From IMG/VR virus record IMGVR_UViG_3300027770_000025, positions 1-64,000 of that record: a stretch of DNA of 64,000 bases. One strand, 5' to 3'. Within the stretch, counting starts at the first letter, position 1. Every line of letters begins with the position of its first letter. Both the position numbers and the translations under genes were made by a program. Of this stretch, positions 10,313-21,232 are shown piece after piece. Under the pieces are notes generated by a model. The model did not search any database, was not told the origin of the DNA, and saw only the letters and a list, made by a program, of their open reading frames with translations.

Positions 10313-10825
10313 TCAGGTTAATCTTATTCTAACTGCACCGCTATTGTGATATATCCCACCTAAAGGAATACCCCCCGTTGCTGCATATGTGTCATTAGGA
10401 AAATTATATAATGCATAATTAGTTAATATAAGTGTACCCGTAGTTCCTGTTATAGTTTGACTACCGTAAAAAGTATTAGCACCAGTTCCGCCCGCTCCTG
10501 TAGGACCAGCATTTCCAGTAGAACCCGTACCTCCTGCTATTGTTATGTTCACGAATCCATTGGCCCCTGTAATACCAGAGACGCTAGATCCGGTAAAATT
10601 AAATCCGGTAACACCCGTTAATATCTCTAATCCGTTTCTATAAACTGAAGCGTTAACAACATCATAGGGATTCCAATATGAAAGATTGTTCCAATATGTA
10701 GTTCCATCTCCTATTTTCATAAGAGAGGTATTTGTCTCGTAGCCGAATTCACCCACTAAAAGTATGGGATTATTTACCCCCCATATTGTTGAGGTGTCTC
10801 TTCTTATTTGTATTCTAAAAGCCAT
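10313..10825 (-). CDS. Short Mtd_N-domain fibre/virion protein
   Basis: RIQIRRD...W...NPILLVGEFGYETNT..MKIGDG...W..LSY; shares the GVTGFNFTG module with the giant protein. Confidence 0.75.
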   Translation of the reverse strand: MAFRIQIRRDTSTIWGVNNPILLVGEFGYETNTSLMKIGDGTTYWNNLSYWNPYDVVNASVYRNGLEILTGVTGFNFTGSSVSGITGANGFVNITIAGGTGSTGNAGPTGAGGTGANTFYGSQTITGTTGTLILTNYALYNFPNDTYAATGGIPLGGIYHNSGAVRIRLT

Positions 10826-10845
10826 TTGTCTTTAATTTTATTTTA

Positions 10846-11142
10846 TTAAATACCGTTCTTTTGTATTGGCTCAACACCTCCGACTATCGGAGATAGAAAC
10901 TGAGAGTTATCTCTGCTTGAATTACCACCATCTAAAATATCAGAAAAGCTACTTCCAACTGGATTTGTATTGGAATAGAAATTTCCAGTTTGCTTAGCGT
11001 TAATAGATGTTCCAGAATCTGACTTTTTAACATAGTTATTCCCAGTACCAATAAAATATAATTGATCCAATGTTTGACTATTGCTACCGTCAATGATTCT
11101 AGAATTAAGAAGATTTAGATTTATAATACCATCAGCTGCCAT
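10846..11142 (-). CDS. Hypothetical protein (late)
   Basis: 98-aa ORF preceded by the ATATATA motif; contains LDGG. Confidence 0.6.
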   Translation of the reverse strand: MAADGIINLNLLNSRIIDGSNSQTLDQLYFIGTGNNYVKKSDSGTSINAKQTGNFYSNTNPVGSSFSDILDGGNSSRDNSQFLSPIVGGVEPIQKNGI

Positions 11143-11214
11143 TTAATAAAGAAATGTTTATGCTATATATTCATACACCAAAAGATTAAATTGGCAAAAA
11201 AAGAGATATAAAGA

Positions 11215-11964
11215 TTAAAGTATTTCCCTATCTCCGTTAGGAGTAACGTTTTTGGCAAAGAGCTGTTCCATTCTAATTCCGGTTTGCATTAGATTACCCC
11301 TGAACTTTTCTGTGGTTAAATCTTTCTCAGGGAAATACGTTTCTGCAGCAACTGTGAATTTAAAATCTATGTATTGTGGATTATTCTGATAACTGAATTC
11401 TAGTTGTTTAGTCATATCATAGCTTTCAGGAAATCCGACTTGGGCAGGAATTCTAAACCCTTCGTATTCAAAACTGAATTGGTATGTTTTATAGAAAGTT
11501 GTTACTACTGATTGGAATATCTTAAAAGCATCGAGAAGGGTGTCAACTTTTATTGTGATATCAAAAGTTATATTTAGCGGTACTGAATTAGTAAAGGAAG
11601 AAAGTGTCTTCATTTCTCCTTTAAGATCCTCCTGCGCGTATGACATCCGGGTGTATTTATTAGATAATCCTTGAACATCTATCTGAAGAGACTGTAACGA
11701 AACTACTCCCCTTGGGATAACGTCATAGTTACCCTCCGCAACAACCTCGTCAGTTTTACAGTTTGTGTACTTTATAAAGAAATCTTGAAGAAATGACTCA
11801 TCGCCAGTTAGCGAATAGAAAAAAGGAATATAAGTCTCTAATACCTCCTGCTGATCATTTATCTGAATGTACTTCAGTTTATCGTTCATTGACTTAAGTA
11901 GGGAAGTTATTAGTCCTCTTAAGAAAACATCGTCCGTGTTGTATTTTTCTAAAAATCCTGACAT
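11215..11964 (-). CDS. T4 gp15-like tail completion/sheath stabiliser
   Basis: VPLNITFDITIKVDTLLDAFKIFQSVVTTFY resembles the gp15 core; size and context fit. Confidence 0.6.
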   Translation of the reverse strand: MSGFLEKYNTDDVFLRGLITSLLKSMNDKLKYIQINDQQEVLETYIPFFYSLTGDESFLQDFFIKYTNCKTDEVVAEGNYDVIPRGVVSLQSLQIDVQGLSNKYTRMSYAQEDLKGEMKTLSSFTNSVPLNITFDITIKVDTLLDAFKIFQSVVTTFYKTYQFSFEYEGFRIPAQVGFPESYDMTKQLEFSYQNNPQYIDFKFTVAAETYFPEKDLTTEKFRGNLMQTGIRMEQLFAKNVTPNGDREIL

Positions 11965-11971
11965 TTTTTAA

Positions 11972-12865
11972 TTAATATGTTACTATTACAAAACCAATTT
12001 TTGTTTTTGCTGTTGATCCTGCAGCATTTGATGCAGTTAAAGTTACTGTGTATGTTCCGGTTACTCCGTAGGTAACTATTGGGTTTTGTATAATACTTCC
12101 TGTTGGCGATGCGGTTACACCAAAGCTCCATATCCATCCTGTTGGAGCAAATTGCCAAGGTGACATTACACTAGTGTCTTTAAATGAAACTGTTCCCCCG
12201 GGTATAATTTGTACCGAAGCAGTTGCACCTGTAGCAGTTGCAAAATTAGTATAAGGCGGGGTTGGTATTGGTCCCTTCCTTGTGGTTACCCCATCTGGTG
12301 TGCTATCAAATGATGGCGATCCTACAGGTACATCGTCTAATCTTCCCGGGGTTCTTTGTATCTGGATTGGTATTTCTGCATATCTTATCTGAAGTGGCTC
12401 GTTGGAGTCATTTAGATATGTAGGATGAGCAAAACTAGAATTATCATATTGATCCTTGGTTATTCCGGTTAAGCTCTTATACGTGTTCCCTAGCATCTTT
12501 TTAACACTATTAGTTGGCATAGTGCTAAGCGTTTTTATAACAACAAATGATTTTAATATGGCCTGTAGATTGCTTGTATTCTGATTGTTATATTCGACAA
12601 AGAAGTATGTCCAGCTATTTATGCTCCTGTTACTAACGGTAGGTTTACCTAAACTATTATTAACACTAGCATAATCATAAACAGCATTATTAGAAGGTCT
12701 GAGTAAACCAGTTCCTAAAAGACCCATTCCTATTGTAGCTGGATCAAAGTAATTCACCGGAATATTATTCATCCCCGAGATAGTAGATTTATTAACCTCT
12801 ATCGCCTGATTTCTTTGTTTTTTAGTGATATTCTTTTGTGAATTACCCGTTTGTCTACTTCTCAA
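11972..12865 (-). CDS. PKD-domain virion protein
   Basis: C-terminal VSFKDTS..PTGWIWSFG...QNPIVTY...GTYTVTLTASNAAGS. Start codon uncertain (TTG). Confidence 0.75.
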   Translation of the reverse strand: MRSRQTGNSQKNITKKQRNQAIEVNKSTISGMNNIPVNYFDPATIGMGLLGTGLLRPSNNAVYDYASVNNSLGKPTVSNRSINSWTYFFVEYNNQNTSNLQAILKSFVVIKTLSTMPTNSVKKMLGNTYKSLTGITKDQYDNSSFAHPTYLNDSNEPLQIRYAEIPIQIQRTPGRLDDVPVGSPSFDSTPDGVTTRKGPIPTPPYTNFATATGATASVQIIPGGTVSFKDTSVMSPWQFAPTGWIWSFGVTASPTGSIIQNPIVTYGVTGTYTVTLTASNAAGSTAKTKIGFVIVTY

Positions 12866-12916
12866 CTTAGGAATCTTTTTATGTATATATTCCAGATGGG
12901 TTAGGAATGATACTGC

Positions 12917-14581
12917 TTAAAATTTATCTATTTTAATACTAGAGAAGTTATGCGTCTTAGTAACATCTAATTTCCAGTCAAATATCTCATGTGGCATGGG
13001 CGCGTGATTTATGACAAATATATTAAGCCCCATTGATCTTGAATTTTTCTGTAAAATTTTAAGTATCGCTTGCACGCCCTCGGGATCGACCGAACTAAAT
13101 AGCTCATCAAGAAAAAGCAGGTTGATTGTGCTAAATTTAAGCTTCATCAGCTTCATTATCGATATAAGAACCACGAAATCAACTTTCTTCATTTCCCCGG
13201 TACTTAAAGACGGTACAGGTATTTCCACACCCATATGATATAATGAAGCTTTAAACTCATCATCAAAAACTACTTGATATTCAAGATTCATTTCTCTTAG
13301 CAAATCTAATATCTCAGAATTAAGGGAGGGTAGAATTGTTTTTATCGCCATCTGTTTAACCCCCTTCTCGCTTAGCACGTCATCTAAGCCTTTAATCCAT
13401 AGGTTCTTCTCCTGTGTCTTAGCCACATCAGATCCTATTTTTATCTTATCCTCTTCTAAATTGGTTATTATTCTTTTAAGAGACTCTACCTGTTTATCAT
13501 TGTCCGAAGATTCAAGTCTTTGTATTTCAAATAATACCTCTCTAATTTTACTATCAATTTTAACACCCTTCTCCTGGAGGTCCATTTTTTTTGTCTTCAT
13601 CTGAGATTCCTTTTCTCTAACTTCAGTTAAAGATGTTTCGCACCCAGTGAATTCTGTATAGCTATCATCTTTCTCGTTTGTCAGATTACCCTTTAAATCA
13701 TTATGAAAATCGCTATCTAAAGGTCCTTCGCAGGTTGGACATTTTTCAGATTGATATAATCTAAGTCTTCTTTCAAGATCCTGGTATTTAGTTCTCGCTT
13801 CGATTAGTGATCTATTTGTATTAGTTACTAAATCGTTTATTTCCTGCTCTTGAATTTTAAATTCTGTTATTTTAGCAGAATGTATTTTTTGAATATTCTT
13901 AAATTTATCTAAACTTTCATTTAGAGTTCCTAGCTCGTCTTTCACCTCTTGCTCGATGATAGCTAAAAGAGAATCCATCTCTTCCTGTGATTTATCTATG
14001 CTATTTTCTGTCGATTGAAATTTACCGGATAGGATGTCTAGGGATTCCTTTATTCTTCTAACCTCACTCTTTAGGACTTCCCTCATTTGATTTAATATAT
14101 GAAATCCGAATATTTTATCAACAATAGCCCTTTTGTCCTGTGGACTCATTTTAATAAAAGATTTAAAGTCGTTTATAGAAAGAGATATGGTGTTGTTGAA
14201 AACATAAAAAGGAATACCTATTAAATCATCAGCTAAATAGTCCTGAACGTTTTTAGTCCCTGCCTGGTCATATTTAACACCGTCAATATAGAGAAAGAAA
14301 AATGTGGGTTCTAAACCTCTTTCGACGGTTATATTTTTACCATTCGATTCAAATTCTATGCGCGTCCATGCATTACCGTTAATTCTATTTGGTATATCCC
14401 CGAGTTTCTTGCCCTCAACTTTACCATAAAGACAAAAAGATATAACTTGTGATATACTAGTTTTACCTGCCCCGTTTTCACCAACAACCTGAAACAAACA
14501 AGAGGATTCAGGAAAATCTAAAACTTGTTTCTTATTCCCGTAAGAGGAAAAGTTTTTCCATTCTATTTTTCTGATTCTCAT
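12917..14581 (-). CDS. Recombination endonuclease ATPase subunit (gp46/SbcC/Rad50)
   Basis: Walker A GENGAGKTS, CPTC zinc hook, LSTGE signature, LFLDE, coiled coil. Confidence 0.95.
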   Translation of the reverse strand: MRIRKIEWKNFSSYGNKKQVLDFPESSCLFQVVGENGAGKTSISQVISFCLYGKVEGKKLGDIPNRINGNAWTRIEFESNGKNITVERGLEPTFFFLYIDGVKYDQAGTKNVQDYLADDLIGIPFYVFNNTISLSINDFKSFIKMSPQDKRAIVDKIFGFHILNQMREVLKSEVRRIKESLDILSGKFQSTENSIDKSQEEMDSLLAIIEQEVKDELGTLNESLDKFKNIQKIHSAKITEFKIQEQEINDLVTNTNRSLIEARTKYQDLERRLRLYQSEKCPTCEGPLDSDFHNDLKGNLTNEKDDSYTEFTGCETSLTEVREKESQMKTKKMDLQEKGVKIDSKIREVLFEIQRLESSDNDKQVESLKRIITNLEEDKIKIGSDVAKTQEKNLWIKGLDDVLSEKGVKQMAIKTILPSLNSEILDLLREMNLEYQVVFDDEFKASLYHMGVEIPVPSLSTGEMKKVDFVVLISIMKLMKLKFSTINLLFLDELFSSVDPEGVQAILKILQKNSRSMGLNIFVINHAPMPHEIFDWKLDVTKTHNFSSIKIDKF

Positions 14582-14582
14582 A

Positions 14583-15680
14583 CTATTTAGTTTCTTGCTC
14601 TTGTGTGGTTACTATTGTGTGTAATTTTACTAGACTCTGATACATCTTATCCTTTGTGTCTCTATCATGTTCTAAGTTTTCGACGTACTCCTTTATAAAA
14701 TCAAGAACATTGAATTGTCTGCCATCTATATCAATTATCTGCTGGGATAGAGAATTAGCTTGGTCTGGATCGTAAGGATGAAATTTAAGGCTTCTCTGTG
14801 ATTGTAAAATATCAGTTAAAATGTTAAGGGGTGCTTTTAAAGACATAACAGGATCAATCATTATGTCAACGAAGTTATTAGTAAATAACGGTTCTAAATC
14901 TTCATGTGTTGATTCCAGTATATCTGTGAAATAAAATCTTTTAAATTTTGGAGAAAAATCATTGGGAAAATAAGTCTCTTTTAGGTCAGAAACATTTAAA
15001 AGTGTTATGCCTTTCTGATTATCCATATCAGATCTGGTTATCTCATATGGTGATCCTAACATATTTATATTCCCTGCCTTTTGTGCATAGTGTATATGAC
15101 CAGAATAAACCTTTTTGAATTTATCGAATTCTTTGACAGAAGCACCAGTTTCTACCCGGGTGAATTTATTGAATTTTAAACCTCTTATATCTGCATGACA
15201 GCATAAAACATCATGCGGATCTGAATTTTCTAGAAATTCGCTTTCTGCTTCATGATCCTTTCTCCAAGGCATTAAAAGAAAAGATTTATCAAGTATCTTT
15301 AGTGTCTGGGGTTCTTCTACGATATTTATTCTGGGTATCCATTTGATAGATTTCAGCGAGTTTACGTCATTAGATGTTTTTCCCCACACGTCATGATTTC
15401 CTAGTATAATATAAACACCATCTTTAAAAATAACAGAAAGCTCTTCAGCTATTTCGATACCTAAGTTAAGTACTTTTAAATTTATGCTTTGTCTGGAGTC
15501 AAAAAAATCTCCAAGATGAAATAGAACATCACCAGGTTTATAATTTTCCCTAACTAGCGGAAAGAACCAATCGAAAAAATATTCTCTAATACTATCGATC
15601 CATTCATTAGAATTATTCCTTACCCCTAAATGGGTATCAGTTATAAACCAAATTCTTTTATCTGTTCCTATTGCTGTCAT
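14583..15680 (-). CDS. Recombination endonuclease nuclease subunit (gp47/SbcD/Mre11)
   Basis: DTHLG, GDFFD, GNHD and SGHIH metallophosphoesterase motifs; adjacent to gp46. Confidence 0.95.
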   Translation of the reverse strand: MTAIGTDKRIWFITDTHLGVRNNSNEWIDSIREYFFDWFFPLVRENYKPGDVLFHLGDFFDSRQSINLKVLNLGIEIAEELSVIFKDGVYIILGNHDVWGKTSNDVNSLKSIKWIPRINIVEEPQTLKILDKSFLLMPWRKDHEAESEFLENSDPHDVLCCHADIRGLKFNKFTRVETGASVKEFDKFKKVYSGHIHYAQKAGNINMLGSPYEITRSDMDNQKGITLLNVSDLKETYFPNDFSPKFKRFYFTDILESTHEDLEPLFTNNFVDIMIDPVMSLKAPLNILTDILQSQRSLKFHPYDPDQANSLSQQIIDIDGRQFNVLDFIKEYVENLEHDRDTKDKMYQSLVKLHTIVTTQEQETK

Positions 15681-15691
15681 CCAAATTTATA

Positions 15692-16180
15692 CTAAAATAA
15701 TCTCTTAATTTTCTTTTTTGAAAGAATCTTAAATTTAACTTCTAGCTCATTTATGATTAGTTCCCTGTATTTAATGGGTGCTATTTCATAAGCTTTTGTA
15801 TACGGTATCTGTACATAATCACAGATACAAACAAACTTTTCAGAAAAGCTAAATTCTGTTTCCCCGAGTTTCTCTATAACTTCCTGAAAAAGGTGTGGCA
15901 TTAAATCCTTAGGTATTTTCTTCTTATAGCTTAACGGGAACCATCTTGAGGTTTGGAATGCCTCATATACTGCTTCTTCTAATTTTTTCTTATGTAGATA
16001 CTCTTGTTCATCATAATACGTTTCTACAAATCTATGATTCTGATCTACATCAAAATTGTCATTATAGTCAACGTCTTTAGTTGGATTATTATGTGCTCCG
16101 AATATCTTATCACCGAGTTTTTTCTTATTGGGATCCGTACCCTCTGTGTCGTTAATCAGATCTTCTTTTTCTTCTTCCAT
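15692..16180 (-). CDS. Possible gp33-like late transcription co-activator with acidic N-terminal extension
   Basis: C-terminal FSFSEKFVCICDYVQIPYTKAYEIAPIKYRELIINELE resembles the gp33 helical pattern. Start moved to the ATG at 16180 to avoid overlapping the helicase. Confidence 0.45.
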   Translation of the reverse strand: MEEEKEDLINDTEGTDPNKKKLGDKIFGAHNNPTKDVDYNDNFDVDQNHRFVETYYDEQEYLHKKKLEEAVYEAFQTSRWFPLSYKKKIPKDLMPHLFQEVIEKLGETEFSFSEKFVCICDYVQIPYTKAYEIAPIKYRELIINELEVKFKILSKKKIKRLF

Positions 16181-16199
16181 TATAAGGAGGTTATTTTGC

Positions 16200-17501
16200 T
16201 TACTCAACATGCATCGGCATATTGGTATCCTCGCTTATTCGCATATAACGGTAGTCAACATTAAATATCTTGTGAGCATTTTTGTAACCATCGTCGCGAT
16301 TAGCAAGGATTTTTAATTTATACTCCTTATTAGCGTACATTATCGGATCTTGAATAATACCAAACATACCATCAACGGTTGCAACTAATCCAGAAGATTC
16401 AGCTGCTGAATTGATGCTTAAATCAGAGGCATCAAAATCCCCTTGTTTAGTTTGTGTGGCAGTTATTATAGACCAATTGTTAGTCATAGCCATACCTCTT
16501 AGATCCTCTGCAATTTGCTTGATTTTCATGTAGGTATTTTCAGAGTTGGGATTTCTCCAATTCTTCATAATGTTAATATAATCCACAATAATTACCTTAA
16601 ATTTTATACCCCTCATTTCTTCAACTTTCCTTAAATATCTCTCAATGTCATTTACAGAAGCCTGCGATGTAGGAAACTCCTTAATCAATAAATGACCCGG
16701 AACTTTTAGATTATCATAAGTTACTGACGATAGCTTTCTCTTAATAAGCTGATCATCATTTGAACTATCGCTATATTCTGAAATAGGTATACCTAATATA
16801 TTAGCACCTACTCTTTTTACGTATTTCCTATCTGTCATCTCTAAGGAAAGAATAGCCACATTATTTCCCGTTTTAACAGCTTGTGCACCTAGATTACCTA
16901 ACCATAAAGATTTACCAACCTTAGGCATTCCCATAAAAACATATAAAGCTTTTGCAGAAAATCCCCCTCCTAATACTGTATCAATAAAAGGATATCCGCT
17001 AGAGAATGTACTAGAGCTGTATTGTTTATGACTATCGGGATTAAAGAAATCTAATCCCTCATCAAAAGCAAAGTCGATATTATTTCTTTCAATTACTATG
17101 TTTTTGAAAGTGTCAATAACGTTTTTGATATTATCTGAAGTGACAGGGGTAGATTGAATGTATTTAACAGCATCGATTGCAGACTTTGTTAAATTCTTAT
17201 ATTCAATAAAAAATTCAGTGGTTTCTTTTAACCAATCTTCTTCGTATTTAGATAGATCAATATCATATACTGCTTTTATCTCGCTATCTTTAAGATCTCC
17301 ACCTTTACCCATTATCTTAAAAGCCTCAACTAATTGTTCAGATGTAGGCATATCATGGTACTTATCCCAGAATTCTTTAGCAGATTCAAATACAATTCCC
17401 AAAGCTTCATTCTTAAAGAAGTGGGATTTACATGTTTCTAAATAATCAGGTCTGCTTAGAATGTATCTAAGGATAATGTTTTCTGAGTGGGTTAAATCCA
17501 T
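16200..17501 (-). CDS. Replicative DnaB-family helicase (gp41-like)
   Basis: GMPKVGKS, SLEM, IKEFPT, IIVDYINIM, TATQ motifs. Confidence 0.95.
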   Translation of the reverse strand: MDLTHSENIILRYILSRPDYLETCKSHFFKNEALGIVFESAKEFWDKYHDMPTSEQLVEAFKIMGKGGDLKDSEIKAVYDIDLSKYEEDWLKETTEFFIEYKNLTKSAIDAVKYIQSTPVTSDNIKNVIDTFKNIVIERNNIDFAFDEGLDFFNPDSHKQYSSSTFSSGYPFIDTVLGGGFSAKALYVFMGMPKVGKSLWLGNLGAQAVKTGNNVAILSLEMTDRKYVKRVGANILGIPISEYSDSSNDDQLIKRKLSSVTYDNLKVPGHLLIKEFPTSQASVNDIERYLRKVEEMRGIKFKVIIVDYINIMKNWRNPNSENTYMKIKQIAEDLRGMAMTNNWSIITATQTKQGDFDASDLSINSAAESSGLVATVDGMFGIIQDPIMYANKEYKLKILANRDDGYKNAHKIFNVDYRYMRISEDTNMPMHVE

Positions 17502-17512
17502 TTTTTTTATTT

Positions 17513-17812
17513 TTAGCTTTTGTAGTATGGATTACTTTGTATCCTATACCATTTTTTTGTTCCTGTGCTTTTTTCAATCTCTTTGAAATCACCATCCTCT
17601 ATCATAGTTTTAATCACCTCCCCATGTTTCATCTTTTCCCAGGAAGATCCGAAAATAGAATTAAATGTCTGATTTGATATATCACCATTAGGCCTTCCGT
17701 CCTTAACGAGGTAAAGACTTACTTCGTATATGATATCTTCTTTGGTAGGGTAATTAGGCAGCGATTTCCAGAGATTAAGAATGTACTTAAATTTGATCTT
17801 ATTCCTGTCCAT
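17513..17812 (-). CDS. Hypothetical protein (possible winged helix)
   Basis: 99-aa ORF coupled between uvsX and the helicase. Confidence 0.6.
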   Translation of the reverse strand: MDRNKIKFKYILNLWKSLPNYPTKEDIIYEVSLYLVKDGRPNGDISNQTFNSIFGSSWEKMKHGEVIKTMIEDGDFKEIEKSTGTKKWYRIQSNPYYKS

Positions 17813-18998
17813 CGATCAAATCAGTTTCGTTTGAATCATCATCGATATCCATAGAGTCTAAAATATCGCTATGATCAGCAAGATCTGGGAATTTGAATTT
17901 ATCTCTAATAACCTTAGCATCAAGCTGTTCTAGTACTTCCCTAGTAAAAACTTTTTCTGTGAATAATTCTGTTGAAGCTACTGTTTTGCCAAGGTGTTTA
18001 ACACCCCATCTAGTTGATGATGCGCTTGGTTTAAATACTGATTCTTTTTTACCCTCAGCATTTTTAATCTCCTCATACTTACCTCTTTCGATTCCGCACG
18101 CTTCCCAAGAAACATAATCTTGTAATCCAACAAATGGATTCATACCATGTGCAAATGAAATATGAAATTTAACTTGCTCAGGAATAGTGAAACGGCTTTT
18201 CTTTAAAGTTGACGTAACTACGATACCAGTTTTAGTTCCAGCTCCGTCTTTTAGCTGAGCTTTAGAAAGGAAAGAAACAACAGACATAGCAAAGATAGGT
18301 CCGTCGCCACCGGAGGATTCTTTTGTTGGCATATATCCACCCCCTGCATAAACGTGGTTTGTACAAATCAAAGGAATCTTAGCCGCAGTTAAATCTAACG
18401 TGATAACTCTAAATAGTTTTCTAAGTTCTTTAGCTTTAGCACCCATATCTGCTGCATTATGGCCTTTCATTGCATCAGCTAGCTCTTTATCAGTACTTAA
18501 CATACCTAATGAATCTAGTACTAAAAGTACCTTAGGTTTTTGACCTGCTGCTTTAGCTTTCTTAACTGCATCAATAACATTAGATGCAAATGTCTGAAAT
18601 TGGGAAACTGTTTGAATAGGTTGATATCTTAGCTTATCCGCATCAATACCAAATTTCAAAGCTCCTGATTTATCAATCGCACCTTCAGTGTCACAATAGA
18701 TAACATCGTATCCAATTTTCTGAGCTTCCCTAACTACATTTAAACAGAAGAATGATTTACCCGTACCTGGATCACCCATAACTCCAAATGATCTTGAGTT
18801 TGGTACGCCACCAAATAAAGTTCCTGAGATCTGTGCATTAAGTAGGTAATTACCCGTGGGTATCCATTCATCTACTTCACTAAATGTATTTGTTGAAAGG
18901 ATAGATCCTGTTTCGAATCCTGCAATTTTAGAAAGCTCCTTATCTAGAGCTGCAAATGAAAAGGTACCAGGTGAGCTTTTTTCTGTTGTCTTAGCCAT
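17799..18998 (-). CDS. uvsX: RecA-like recombinase (UvsX)
   Basis: GDPGTGKS, YCDTE, LDSLGML, ADMG..AK, TNHVY, SGG motifs. Confidence 0.93.
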   Translation of the reverse strand: MAKTTEKSSPGTFSFAALDKELSKIAGFETGSILSTNTFSEVDEWIPTGNYLLNAQISGTLFGGVPNSRSFGVMGDPGTGKSFFCLNVVREAQKIGYDVIYCDTEGAIDKSGALKFGIDADKLRYQPIQTVSQFQTFASNVIDAVKKAKAAGQKPKVLLVLDSLGMLSTDKELADAMKGHNAADMGAKAKELRKLFRVITLDLTAAKIPLICTNHVYAGGGYMPTKESSGGDGPIFAMSVVSFLSKAQLKDGAGTKTGIVVTSTLKKSRFTIPEQVKFHISFAHGMNPFVGLQDYVSWEACGIERGKYEEIKNAEGKKESVFKPSASSTRWGVKHLGKTVASTELFTEKVFTREVLEQLDAKVIRDKFKFPDLADHSDILDSMDIDDDSNETDLIDGQE

Positions 18999-19198
18999 AA
19001 TTTATATTTAAGTATTTATAAATTATACTGCTAATTACCTATTAAGTTTCTGAGATTATAAAAACTGGGACCTATTAAAGACTAGTTTTTAAAGAAAGGG
19101 CTCTTAAGTACTCTAAGATTATATTAACCCCTGGGCCAATATGATATTGATTTTAGCAATGGTTTGCAGAAATGTTCCGATTTTTCGGAAAATATTTT

Positions 19199-21223
19199 TT
19201 ATAATCCCATTTTTTTCTTGATCTCGTCCTTGTTATCGCTATAAAATCCAAGATCTCTTTGAAAATCCTCGAATGCTTCATCGTTATCTGCATATACTTT
19301 ACCTGATAATGAACCGATATAAGTCATCGCTAATTTAGAGGCATTCTTAGTTTCCTCGTCAAATTCACCATTAAGATTACCTGTGGGTAAATGACCTAGA
19401 TCTATTAACCTTTGTTGAAATGATTTTACTACCTCCTTATTAAGATCCTTTCCGTCTTTAGAAAATACCTGAACGTCGCTTTTTCTTTTAATCTTAGATG
19501 GCTTAACTTCTTCTGTTCCCGAGCCTCCTTTAAACATATCTACTGCTTTATTAATTACCACATCAGCATCTCTATCTCTATATCTTTTTTCTATGGCTTG
19601 TTGATTGGTAACCTCAGAAGCTTTTGCAGCTGCCTTTTGCATTAATTCCCTTCCTTTTTCTAGATAAGCTATGGAAGCAATTCTTTCCCTACTCTCTCCG
19701 AGTACATCGTTTTTCCACTTCTCTAAAATTCCACCCTTTCTTCCTATTATAGCGATTTGCTTTGATATGTCATCTAATTTTGTCTTAATAGATGATAAGC
19801 TAACACTGCTTGATTCTAGCTCTTTAGGAACACTAACAACATATTTAAAGGAATCCTGTACGAATGATATCATTTCAGAAGCTTCAGATTTAGCTTCATC
19901 AGCAGTTAAATCAGACGCTTTTCTTGTTACTTTGTCGCTTTCACTATCAGTAGAAGAATCGTTACTCAATCCATGAACGTTTTTCTTAAAAGCTACTACA
20001 TTATCAATCTCACTAGCTAATCCAACTAAACTACCCTTTAATACATCTGCAGCATATAATAAAGATGCTTTATCATCTCCTGATTTTGCTGATTGATTTT
20101 TTGCTCCACCCTTAAATCCATCTACTATGCCTCTTCCTACTCCGCTTATGAAAGCTTTTTTATCATCTAAAAACCCACCAAAATCTTCTAGTATTCTATC
20201 GTTATTTTCTAACCAATGCTCTGATTCCTCTTTTTTGTCGTCTGCTTTTTTAGATAATACTATACTAGAAATAGCATCAGATAACTCCTCATAGAAATTT
20301 TCAGGTGCTTCAGCTAAGCCTGATTTAATTTGATCTATTGCACCACCTAGTATATCTTCGATTTTTACGCTTCCGAAATAAGCAGGAAAATCTTTTTTAA
20401 GTTTCTCTGCAATTCTTATCTTATCTTCTTTAGATGTTTTTCCATCTTCTAGTTGTTTCTGTAATTCTTCGACCTTAGCTAGATCCTCCCCTTTTATTCC
20501 ACCCTCTCTTTTTTCAACAAATCCTAGTTCAACATCAGCACCTTTTCCGAATTGATCTATTGCACTCCTATATAATCCTATTGCATTATTAATCTTACCT
20601 AAAGTCATAAGCTGCTTGGGATCTATCATGTCAGAATATTTCTTCTTCATCTCTGCTAGCTGCTTATCGTACTCCTCTTGTTTTAATTTAGGAGTGCCGT
20701 TTAGCTCAGCGTCTAGAGCTTTCTTCTCTTCAAAATATTTCTTGTAAACATCATTAGATTTAATATTCTTCTGTATTATCCCGGTAATTCCTGCACCAGA
20801 TGGAGGCCAAGATCCTGCTAATTGATAAATCTTATTCCATGCATTTTTAAGTCCTGCTGCACTTTTATCAACACTGGTAGCAATATCGTACCTATCGTTT
20901 TTATAGTTTTTTATAGCTGGAGCATCTGGATCTACCGCACCGCCCAAACTTGCCATGCCGTCTAATGAGTTAAGTGCCTCTATAAATAGTGTTACATAAG
21001 CAGAATAAGAAGATTTATTAGATTTATTGCTAACATTAAGATTCATATTAATCTTATACTTATCAGACACCGATGTTTTTTTATCAGTTTCTTTTTTAGA
21101 AGTTGGCCCTTTTATATCATCCGCAAGATCGTCGGTCTCATCCTCATTAACAGATAAGCCCATCCTTATTTTGCTTTCTAATAAGCTATAGCTAGAGAAG
21201 CTATGGATTTTGAATAATCCCAT
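19199..21223 (-). CDS. Large helical protein with C-terminal peptidoglycan-binding-like domain; probable internal head protein
   Basis: VKSFQQRLIDLGHL....LNGEFDEETKNA at the C-terminus; N-terminus KIHSFSSYSLLES...VNE. Confidence 0.6.
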   Translation of the reverse strand: MGLFKIHSFSSYSLLESKIRMGLSVNEDETDDLADDIKGPTSKKETDKKTSVSDKYKINMNLNVSNKSNKSSYSAYVTLFIEALNSLDGMASLGGAVDPDAPAIKNYKNDRYDIATSVDKSAAGLKNAWNKIYQLAGSWPPSGAGITGIIQKNIKSNDVYKKYFEEKKALDAELNGTPKLKQEEYDKQLAEMKKKYSDMIDPKQLMTLGKINNAIGLYRSAIDQFGKGADVELGFVEKREGGIKGEDLAKVEELQKQLEDGKTSKEDKIRIAEKLKKDFPAYFGSVKIEDILGGAIDQIKSGLAEAPENFYEELSDAISSIVLSKKADDKKEESEHWLENNDRILEDFGGFLDDKKAFISGVGRGIVDGFKGGAKNQSAKSGDDKASLLYAADVLKGSLVGLASEIDNVVAFKKNVHGLSNDSSTDSESDKVTRKASDLTADEAKSEASEMISFVQDSFKYVVSVPKELESSSVSLSSIKTKLDDISKQIAIIGRKGGILEKWKNDVLGESRERIASIAYLEKGRELMQKAAAKASEVTNQQAIEKRYRDRDADVVINKAVDMFKGGSGTEEVKPSKIKRKSDVQVFSKDGKDLNKEVVKSFQQRLIDLGHLPTGNLNGEFDEETKNASKLAMTYIGSLSGKVYADNDEAFEDFQRDLGFYSDNKDEIKKKMGL

Positions 21224-21232
21224 TTTATTTGA

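Noticed and set aside
7811-10825. Diversity-generating retroelement suggested by Mtd_N domains
   Set aside because: No reverse transcriptase and no TR/VR pair seen in the window; Mtd_N is only the anchor domain.
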